Shown here piece after piece: positions 25,400 to 32,000 of a stretch of DNA of 32,000 bases. The translations under genes and the position numbers were made by a program. The notes beneath the pieces are model-generated. The model saw only the letters and a program-made list of their open reading frames with translations. It was not told the DNA's origin and ran no database searches. Source of the DNA: Desulfobulbus propionicus DSM 2032 (lineage in GTDB: Bacteria > Desulfobacterota > Desulfobulbia > Desulfobulbales > Desulfobulbaceae); assembly GCF_000186885.1 (NCBI RefSeq), contig NC_014972.1:1-32000 (forward strand), in the 5' to 3' direction. Positions within the stretch are counted from its first letter, which is position 1; every line of letters begins with the position of its first letter.

Positions 25400-25696
25400 A
25401 TGCTGAAAAAAAGTTATTCCAAAACCGGCGCGGCCTGTCGCGTCACCTTTAAATACGAAAACGAGGAGCAGGCGGAAACCGCCGTCCTGGCCGGCGACTT
25501 CAACGATTGGTCGCTTCAGGCGACCCCGATGAAAAAACTCAAGGATGGCAGTTTTTCCGCCACTCTTTCCCTGCCGGCCGGGCAGAACTATCGCTTTCGG
25601 TATGTGCTCGACGGCGGAGTGTGGGTCAACGACACGGCGGCCGACGGTTATGCCCCCAACGAGTTCGGCGAGGCCAACTCGGTGCTGGCCCTCTGA
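25400..25696 (+). CDS. CBM48 / glycogen-binding (isoamylase early-set) domain protein
   Basis: 98 aa from ATG 25400 (AAGGAG 6 nt upstream). VTFKYENE...AVLAGDFNDWS...PMKKLKDGSFSATLSLPAGQNYRFRYVLDG.WVND. Confidence 0.7.
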   Translation: MLKKSYSKTGAACRVTFKYENEEQAETAVLAGDFNDWSLQATPMKKLKDGSFSATLSLPAGQNYRFRYVLDGGVWVNDTAADGYAPNEFGEANSVLAL

Positions 25697-25730
25697 GCCG
25701 ACCGCCGCCGACCCACTGAGGCGCGTTGGC

Positions 25731-26285
25731 TTAAAAGCAGTCACCCACCCTGGCCCGATGATACTCGTTTTTCAGGTCCACGTATCGCCGCCATGAAGCC
25801 TGCATTTCCCGCACTTGGGCATCACTGACCTCCCGAACCACCTTGGCCGGGGTACCCATGATCAGGGAGCGCGGCGGGAACTGTTTGCCGGGGGTGACCA
25901 CCGAGCCGGCGCCGACGATCGATTCCCGGCCGATGACCGCGCCGTCAAGAATGATCGCCCCCATGCCGATCAGGCAGAGATCCCCCACCGTGCAGCCATG
26001 GAGAATGGCGCGGTGACCAACGGTGACATCGCAGCCGATGATCGTCGGATGGCCGTCCTGGTCGCTGCGCTCCGCGCCCTCGTGCTGGGTGATGTGGAGC
26101 AGGCTGAGGTCCTGGATGTTGGTCCGCGCGCCGATGCGAATGCGGTGGACGTCGCCACGGACAATGACGCCGAACCACAGGGACACATCCTCGCCCAGCA
26201 CCGCATCGCCGATGAGGGTGGCGTTGGGCGCCACCCAGCCGCCCTTGCCGACCTGCGGTTGATAGTCACGATACGATAAAATCAT
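25731..26285 (-). CDS. Gamma-carbonic-anhydrase-family hexapeptide-repeat protein
   Basis: 184 aa. VAPNATLIGDAVLGEDVSLWFGVIVRGDVHRIRIGARTNIQD, then HPTIIGCDVTVGHRAILHGCTVGD. Confidence 0.85.
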   Translation of the reverse strand: MILSYRDYQPQVGKGGWVAPNATLIGDAVLGEDVSLWFGVIVRGDVHRIRIGARTNIQDLSLLHITQHEGAERSDQDGHPTIIGCDVTVGHRAILHGCTVGDLCLIGMGAIILDGAVIGRESIVGAGSVVTPGKQFPPRSLIMGTPAKVVREVSDAQVREMQASWRRYVDLKNEYHRARVGDCF

Positions 26286-26487
26286 CTTTCCCTCCTGTTG
26301 TTGAAGTTGCAGCGGCCGTTGTTCCGGCTCCGGCCGATCCCCACGCCTGGGGCAGGCGCGGGAGTCGATGCATCAAAAATAAGGATGGTGTCCTGGCTGC
26401 ACAAGCGCTTGAGGCCGTGTCACCGCCGCTTCCTCCCCTGGACAGCTTCGCCGCTCGCCGCAGGGGTGATCCGCAGATGGCAGAGGT

Positions 26488-27870
26488 TCATTGAAAGCTG
26501 ATTTGCTGGCGGAAAAAATCGCGGAACTCGTCCGGACGGTGGCTGACGTAGAGCATGGTGGCCAGTTCCTCTTCGGCGATACCGGCCAGAAAATCGAGCA
26601 AGGCCAACCGGTTGGATTCGTCCAGTCCTTGGGTGGGTTCGTCGAGAATCAAAAGCCGCGGCACCTTGATCAGGGCTCGGGCAAGCAGGAGCAGACGCTG
26701 CTCGCCGTAGCTCAGACGACGAAAGGGCTGGCCGGCCTTGGACTCCAGGCCGAGCCGCGCCAGCCACCGGCGGCCGAGCTGTTCCTGGGCGCTGTTTGGC
26801 CGGGTGTAGAGACCGATCGAGTCGAACAGCCCCGACACCACGATCGCCAGCGCGCTGCCGGCGATGCGGTGGTTGCGGTGCAGATCGGCACTGACGATCC
26901 CCATCTGCCGCTTGATCTCCCAGATCGACTCGCCGCTGCCCCGCCGCCGGCCGAACAGGGACAGGTCGTTGCTGTAACACAGCGGGTGATCGCCGGTGAT
27001 GATCTGCAACAAGGTGGACTTGCCACAGCCGTTGGGGCCGGTGATCAGGGTATGGTCGCCGCGGTTGATGGTCAGCTCAAGACCGCTGAAGACCTCGATC
27101 TCGCCATAGCGGGCAAAGCCGCGGCGCAGGGTGACCAGATTGTCGCAGCCGTTGCCATCCATCTGCCGCTCGTCGCGCAGTTCCGCCACCGAGACCCGAA
27201 ACAGCGGCGGTTGCCGGCGCAGCAGTTCCCTGACCTCGTCCAGCACCTGTGCGCGAGGCCCCTGGACCACCAGGGCGCCCGCGTGCAACCCGCCGACATG
27301 GGTGCACCAGTCCGGGATGTCGGCGGTGTTGTTGACCAGGAGGAGCAGGCCCATCCCCTGGACGCGCAATCCGGCCAACACCCGGTTCAGCTCCCGGCAG
27401 CTGGCCTGGTCAAGGCCTTCGTAAGGCGTTTCCAGCACCAGGAAGGACACCCCCCGGGTGATCTGCTGCAGCAGGCAGAGCTTGCGCGCCTGGCCGGAAC
27501 TGAGCTGGCGGTAGCCCCGGTCGAGCAGCGCATCCAGGGCAAAAAGCTTGATCAGCTCCCGGTGCGCGTCCACATCGGTGAGGAAGGCGCGGGCCGGGGT
27601 GCCGGGATCGAGGCGGTTGAGGAAGTCGGTGTCGTCCTTGCGCAGTTCTTCCTCGAAGATCGATTGCTGGCCCTTGAACGAGAGCAGACCCAGCTCCGGA
27701 GGCAGGCGTAGGGCTTCGGCCCGGTACGCACGGCTCTCCCCGGCCAGCAGGTCGCACAGCTTCTCCAGGCCCGAAGCGTTGGAGCCAACCAGGCACCAGG
27801 CCTCGCCCGGCCTGGCGCGGAAATGGTCGATGCGCAAGCCCTCGGCCGTCAGGCGATCAATGACCAGCAT
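26488..27870 (-). CDS. modF: ModF-like tandem ABC ATPase (no membrane domain)
   Basis: 460 aa. The second NBD is canonical (ITGPNGCGKSTLLQIITGDHP, LSYGEQRLLLLARAL, LLILDEPTQGLD). YSNDLSLFGRRRGSGESIWEIK matches my recollection of E. coli ModF closely. The first NBD is degenerate. Confidence 0.7.
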   Translation of the reverse strand: MLVIDRLTAEGLRIDHFRARPGEAWCLVGSNASGLEKLCDLLAGESRAYRAEALRLPPELGLLSFKGQQSIFEEELRKDDTDFLNRLDPGTPARAFLTDVDAHRELIKLFALDALLDRGYRQLSSGQARKLCLLQQITRGVSFLVLETPYEGLDQASCRELNRVLAGLRVQGMGLLLLVNNTADIPDWCTHVGGLHAGALVVQGPRAQVLDEVRELLRRQPPLFRVSVAELRDERQMDGNGCDNLVTLRRGFARYGEIEVFSGLELTINRGDHTLITGPNGCGKSTLLQIITGDHPLCYSNDLSLFGRRRGSGESIWEIKRQMGIVSADLHRNHRIAGSALAIVVSGLFDSIGLYTRPNSAQEQLGRRWLARLGLESKAGQPFRRLSYGEQRLLLLARALIKVPRLLILDEPTQGLDESNRLALLDFLAGIAEEELATMLYVSHRPDEFRDFFRQQISFQ

Positions 27871-27882
27871 GCGGTGGCGCCG

Positions 27883-28836
27883 TTATTCGTCCCAGATGGC
27901 GCTGAGGGTGTAGGGCGAACCGGAGCCGGTGAAAAAAGCGCCGTCGACAAAGCGGTAGCCCCGGTCCAGAGCGCCGATGTCGGCCATGTCCTGGGCGTCG
28001 AGCACCAGATCGGCGGCCGCCAGGTTCTGTCGCAGCCGTTCCGGGTTGACCGATTTGGGGATGACCACGGTCTTGCGGCCAAGGCCCCAGGCCAGCAGCA
28101 CCTGGGCCGGGGTGATCCCGTGCTTGGCCGCGATCCGTAGGATAACCGGATGGTCGAGCAGGGTCGGCTCGTCGCTCTTCTTCATGCCTGTGGGCCGGTC
28201 GCCCGAACCGAGCGGCGAATAGGCGGTAACCAGGATGCCGCGCTCCCGGCAGAAGGCGAGCATGGCCTCCTGCTGCAGATAGGGATGGAGCTCGATCTGG
28301 TTCATTGCCGGCTGGATGGTGGCAGCGTTGCAGAGGGCCTGGAGTTTTTTGAGACTGAAGTTGCACACCCCGATATTGCGCGTCAGCCCCTTGGCCACGC
28401 AAGCCTCCAGCGCTTTCCAGGTGGCGCTGATCGGCAGGTCGTCGAGAGCGACGTACTCGTCGCTGCGGCGGGGGAACATGACCCCTGGCTTGAAGTGCAC
28501 TGGCCAATGAATGAGATAGAGGTCGAGCGAGTCGACGCGAAGATCGGCCAGTGTTTTTTCCAGGGCCGGTTGCACCTGCTCCGGCGCATGGGCATCGTTC
28601 CACAGCTTGGAGGTCAGCCATAGGTCGGCCCGGCTGACCACGCCGGCGGCAATGGCTTCGGCCACCGCTTGGCCGATCTCGGGCTCGTTCTGGTAGATCG
28701 GAGCGCAGTCGATGTGGCGGTACCCGGCGGTCAGGGCATCCTTGACCGCGCCATAGACGGCGCCGGGCGCCGCTTTCCAGGTGCCGAGGCCCAGGACGGG
28801 AAGGCGGTCGCCGCTGTTGAGCGCATACGTTTGCAT
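27883..28836 (-). CDS. Aldo/keto reductase (AKR, aldose-reductase-like)
   Basis: 317 aa from ATG 28836 (GAGGAG upstream). LPVLGLGTWK, HIDCAPIYQNE, TSKLW, LYLIHWP (D-Y-K-H tetrad). The ORF-track start at 29163 was rejected as a 109-aa non-homologous extension. Confidence 0.88.
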   Translation of the reverse strand: MQTYALNSGDRLPVLGLGTWKAAPGAVYGAVKDALTAGYRHIDCAPIYQNEPEIGQAVAEAIAAGVVSRADLWLTSKLWNDAHAPEQVQPALEKTLADLRVDSLDLYLIHWPVHFKPGVMFPRRSDEYVALDDLPISATWKALEACVAKGLTRNIGVCNFSLKKLQALCNAATIQPAMNQIELHPYLQQEAMLAFCRERGILVTAYSPLGSGDRPTGMKKSDEPTLLDHPVILRIAAKHGITPAQVLLAWGLGRKTVVIPKSVNPERLRQNLAAADLVLDAQDMADIGALDRGYRFVDGAFFTGSGSPYTLSAIWDE

Positions 28837-29096
28837 GGTGTTCTCCTCTAACTGTTTCTCGGCGTGGCGGCAGGGAAAAAGAAGCCCGCGCGCAATCGTT
28901 TTGCCGAATTGAACGTTGCGAAAATTTACTGTAAAGAGCAGGTACGTATCCGTCAAATAAATTACAGCAGGCCTGAAGGCGGCGGCCGTAGCGAGGGAAA
29001 AGGGCGATCCGGGACTTTTTCGTTGCCGCGGTGGTCTTTTTCCCCGCGCGCGAAGTTGGCGCCGCCTAATCTGCACAGCACGCAAGCAGGGACGCG

Positions 29097-30482
29097 GTGT
29101 CGGAAATGAACCGAAGATCAGCGCACAATGAACATCTGCCGACACAATCAACCACGCGGCCACAAACCGTGGTGGTGGCGGACGACAGCGTCACCATGCG
29201 GACCATCATCCAGAAGGAGCTGGAGGCATCCGGGTTTACGGTCGTCACCTGCAGCGATGGACTGGAAACCCTGATGTCGCTGCGCGGGATGGAGACGCCG
29301 CCGGATCTGATCACCCTGGATATCGACATGCCGCGGATGGACGGCTTTGCCTGCTGCGAACAACTCCGGGCACTGGAGCGGCAGGGGCTGTTCGGCAATC
29401 CCGAGGCCCAGATTCCGGTGCTGTTTGTCAGCGCCAACGATACCTTTGAAAATCGCAGTCGCGGTTTTCACCTCGGCAGCCTGGAATTTATCTCCAAACC
29501 TTTTGACCGGGGCGATATCGCGGCCGCGGTCTGCAAGGTGTTGCGGCCGCAATCCATTTTTTCCGGCATGACCGCCCTGGTGGTCGACGACAACCAGAGC
29601 GTGCGCAAAATGGTCGGCGCCTGTCTCGAACGGATCGGCCTGTCGATCATTGAAGCGGTCAATGGCAGGCAGGCCTATGCTCGGATGCAGGAACATGTCG
29701 ACCGCATCGATCTGGCCATTGTCGATTTCGACATGCCGATCATGTGCGGGGATGAATTCATCCATCTCAGCCGCCAGCTTCCGGAAACCGAGCATTTGCC
29801 CATGCTGTCGCTCAGCGGTTCGGGCGACGCCAACGCGGTGTTGCGGATGTTCCGCGCTGGGGCCACCGATTATCTGGTCAAGCCGTTCATTGCCGAGGAA
29901 CTGCTGGCCAGGGTGCAGGTGCATCTGCAGCTCAGGCGTCACATGCGCCGCCTGGAGGAAATGAACAGGAATCTGTATGACAAGGCGGTGAACGATGCAC
30001 TGACCGGCCTGCGCAACAAACGCTATTTTCAGGAAGCCTTTGAGGAGGCCTTTGCCAGGGCCCAGCGTATCGGTATCGACGTCAGCTGCCTGTTTTTCGA
30101 CCTGGACCATTTCAAGCAGGTGAATGATACCTGTGGACACGGTTTTGGCGATTATGTCCTGAAAACCGTGGGCGCTTTGATCAAGGAAACGGTGCGCCGC
30201 GGTGACTTGGCCGCCCGATTCGGCGGTGAGGAATTCGTCGTTGCCCTGCCCAATACCGATCTGGGCCAGGCCAAATGCGTGGCCGAGAAGATTCGCCGGT
30301 TGATCGCCGCCCATCCCTTTCGCGACCAGGGGCTCCAGTGGCGGGTGACGGTGAGTATCGGCGTGGCTTCGCTCCTGAGCGCCCGGCCCTCCTCGGCGTG
30401 CGGCCTGCTGCAACTGGCCGATCAGGCGCTTTATCGTGCCAAGAGAGCCGGCCGCGACCGGGTGGAGACGGCTGAAAGCTGA
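29097..30482 (+). CDS. PleD-like response regulator: REC-REC-GGDEF diguanylate cyclase
   Basis: 461 aa. REC1: VVVADDS...LITLDIDMP...FISKPF. REC2: ALVVDDN...LAIVDFDMP...YLVKPF. GGDEF domain with DALTGLRNKRYF, active site GGEEF, and an RxxD I-site (RRGD) ending 5 residues upstream. The start may be ATG 29106. Confidence 0.88.
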   Translation: MSEMNRRSAHNEHLPTQSTTRPQTVVVADDSVTMRTIIQKELEASGFTVVTCSDGLETLMSLRGMETPPDLITLDIDMPRMDGFACCEQLRALERQGLFGNPEAQIPVLFVSANDTFENRSRGFHLGSLEFISKPFDRGDIAAAVCKVLRPQSIFSGMTALVVDDNQSVRKMVGACLERIGLSIIEAVNGRQAYARMQEHVDRIDLAIVDFDMPIMCGDEFIHLSRQLPETEHLPMLSLSGSGDANAVLRMFRAGATDYLVKPFIAEELLARVQVHLQLRRHMRRLEEMNRNLYDKAVNDALTGLRNKRYFQEAFEEAFARAQRIGIDVSCLFFDLDHFKQVNDTCGHGFGDYVLKTVGALIKETVRRGDLAARFGGEEFVVALPNTDLGQAKCVAEKIRRLIAAHPFRDQGLQWRVTVSIGVASLLSARPSSACGLLQLADQALYRAKRAGRDRVETAES

Positions 30483-30496
30483 TCCAACGCCCGCGG

Positions 30497-31423
30497 TCAC
30501 TCCTGCGGGTCGTTGCCGCCCACCGGGTGGTAGTGGACATAGACCCGCCGGAGAAATTCGATGCGCGCCAGCAGGATGTCCTCCACCTGGGTGGCGATCC
30601 GGTCGCCCGCCCTGACGCTGAGATTGCCGTCGACTCCGATGGTGAGGTTGACCACCAGGTAGGGGCCGAAGCGATGGGCGTGCACTTCCTCGATATCCTC
30701 CACCCCGTTCACCTCGTGCAGGGCGGTGCGGATCTCCTGGGCCAGTTCGCGTCCGGGCAGGGTGTCCATGAGGTCATCGCTGGCCGACCGCAGGATCTCG
30801 ACGCCGGTGTGGAGGATGATGAGCGAGACGACCGCACCGGCCAGCGGATCGACCCATGGGAAGCCGAAGCGGCTGAACACGATGCCGATTGCCGCCGCCG
30901 ATGAGGCAAAGATGTCGTTGCGGTGGTCCTGGGCCAGGGCCAGGACGGCGACGTTGCCGGTGCGGCGGCTGATGCCGTAGGTCCAGAGAGTGAGGCCGCC
31001 TTTGAGCAGCACGGCGAACAGGGCAATCCACAAGGCGAGGAGGCTGGCTCCGGAGGCGTCCGTGCGCACGGTCAGCAGCTCATAGGCCGTATCCACCGAA
31101 TGCCAGAAGATGGCGATGGCGGTGGTGACGACAAAGGCCCCGACCACCACCGCGGCGATGCTTTCCAGCTGGTCGTGGCCGTAGGGATGTTCCCGGTCCG
31201 CCGGCTTACCGGACAGGCGGACAAAGATGGAGACCACGACGCCGTAGGCCACGTCCGAGGTCGAGTTGATGCCGTCGGCCAGCAGGGCCGGACTCTGGCC
31301 GACCACGCCGACCACGGCCTTGAGCACGGCCAGCAGGATGTTGGCGGCCAGCCCCACCTGGACCGCGAGCATGCTTGTGTGACGTCGCTGTTCCTCTGGA
31401 TTCAAATGCGGATGTTGCTGCAT
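30497..31423 (-). CDS. Cation diffusion facilitator (CDF) family transporter
   Basis: 308 aa. Six hydrophobic segments, [12 protein letters not shown] and [11 protein letters not shown] metal-site motifs, and a C-terminal cytoplasmic domain ([17 protein letters not shown]). Confidence 0.85.
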   Translation of the reverse strand: MQQHPHLNPEEQRRHTSMLAVQVGLAANILLAVLKAVVGVVGQSPALLADGINSTSDVAYGVVVSIFVRLSGKPADREHPYGHDQLESIAAVVVGAFVVTTAIAIFWHSVDTAYELLTVRTDASGASLLALWIALFAVLLKGGLTLWTYGISRRTGNVAVLALAQDHRNDIFASSAAAIGIVFSRFGFPWVDPLAGAVVSLIILHTGVEILRSASDDLMDTLPGRELAQEIRTALHEVNGVEDIEEVHAHRFGPYLVVNLTIGVDGNLSVRAGDRIATQVEDILLARIEFLRRVYVHYHPVGGNDPQE

Positions 31424-31635
31424 GCAGCATGCTCCCGTGCCAGCCGTGTTTTTCCCGTCCCGGTCCCAATGTTGACGACCGATGCAATTTGCTGTCTTAT
31501 ACCCAAATCCACAGCGGAAGTAATGAGTTTTTCACCGATGAACCGGGTGGGCTGCCGCGGCATATCCGCGAACACACCGTTGTGCCGGCTGAGAGGTCCA
31601 CGGCAATGGGGCAACACCACATGCGGAGGAATGAG

Positions 31636-32000
31636 ATGGAGTATCGCATCGAACAGGACACCATGGGCACGATCGAGGTTCCGGCCGATCGCCTCTGGGG
31701 CGCGCAGACCGAGCGCAGCCGCCGCAACTTCAACATCGGCGACGAGCGGATGCCGCTGGCGCTGGTGGACAGCCTGGTTCGCCTGAAACGGGCCTGCGCG
31801 GAGGTCAACCATCAGAAAGGCAAACTGCCGGCCGCGATCCGTGATCTGATTGTTCGCGCCTGCGACGAGATTCTCTCCGGGCAGCATGACCATGAATTTC
31901 CCCTTGCCGTCTGGCAGACCGGCAGCGGCACCCAGAGCAACATGAACGTCAACGAAGTGATCGCCAACCGGGCCGCCATCCTCGCCACCGGCAGCCTGGA
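31636..32000 (+). CDS. fumC: Class II fumarate hydratase, N-terminal part (runs off the window)
   Basis: Not in the ORF track because it has no stop in the window. My translation from ATG 31636 (GGAGGA upstream) gives [28 protein letters not shown]...[32 protein letters not shown]. This matches the FumC N-terminus and the GSGTQSNMN motif. Confidence 0.88.
   Translation, partial: MEYRIEQDTMGTIEVPADRLWGAQTERSRRNFNIGDERMPLALVDSLVRLKRACAEVNHQKGKLPAAIRDLIVRACDEILSGQHDHEFPLAVWQTGSGTQSNMNVNEVIANRAAILATGSL

Noticed and set aside
26491-27711. 406-aa plus-strand ORF antisense to the ModF-like gene
   Set aside because: Shadow ORF. The minus strand has Walker A/B and ABC signature motifs.
28837-29163. 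N-terminal 109-aa extension of the aldo/keto reductase ORF, and similar upstream extensions at 2725, 4193, 9430, 18074, 18504 and 22843
   Set aside because: The extensions have junk-like composition, overlap neighbouring genes or promoter regions, and lack an SD. In each case an internal ATG with a good SD starts exactly where family homology begins.
29148-30500. 450-aa minus-strand ORF antisense to the REC-REC-GGDEF gene
   Set aside because: Shadow ORF. The plus strand has complete REC and GGDEF motifs.
31416-31429. 14-bp perfect palindrome TGCTGCATGCAGCA spanning the CDF transporter start codon, a possible metal-regulator operator
   Set aside because: Under a rough uniform-composition estimate, a 7+7 palindrome is expected about once or twice by chance in 32 kb. 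It is largely made of the ATG-CAG-CA coding sequence and its SD-proximal complement. No second half-site or repeat.

Overview
High-GC bacterial chromosomal segment. Its gene content suggests an anaerobic, Desulfobacterota-like organism; that is an inference from content, not verified. Nearly all of it is coding, and long antisense 'shadow' ORFs are common.

Gene order:
- parA-parB.
- A translationally coupled trio: CXXC miniprotein, NapH-like membrane polyferredoxin, SH3b protein.
- bioC-bioD.
- A ~640-bp non-coding gap whose promoter-proximal part is AT-rich.
- A complete hdrA-hdrC-hdrB-mvhD-mvhG-mvhA operon plus a hydrogenase maturation protease.
- A convergent, tightly packed three-gene envelope operon of unknown function (12607-16122, minus strand).
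- A MazG-like pyrophosphohydrolase and a NahK-like kinase.
- slyD-tgt-yajC.
- A spermidine-synthase-like gene.
- A minus-strand array of two U32 paralogues, an FmdE-like protein and a TIGR01212-type radical SAM protein.
- A CBM48 domain protein, a gamma-carbonic-anhydrase-like protein, a ModF-like ATPase and an aldo/keto reductase.
- A REC-REC-GGDEF regulator, a CDF transporter and the 5' part of fumC.

I recognised no rRNA, tRNA, CRISPR array, transposase or integrase.

Best candidates for undescribed biology:
1. The 12607-16122 operon. It encodes a signal-peptide protein, a bitopic membrane protein and a secreted trypsin-fold protease with three tandem PPC-like repeats.
2. The U32/U32/FmdE/radical-SAM array at 21026-25080.

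All family calls rest on motifs read from the translations. No database search was possible.
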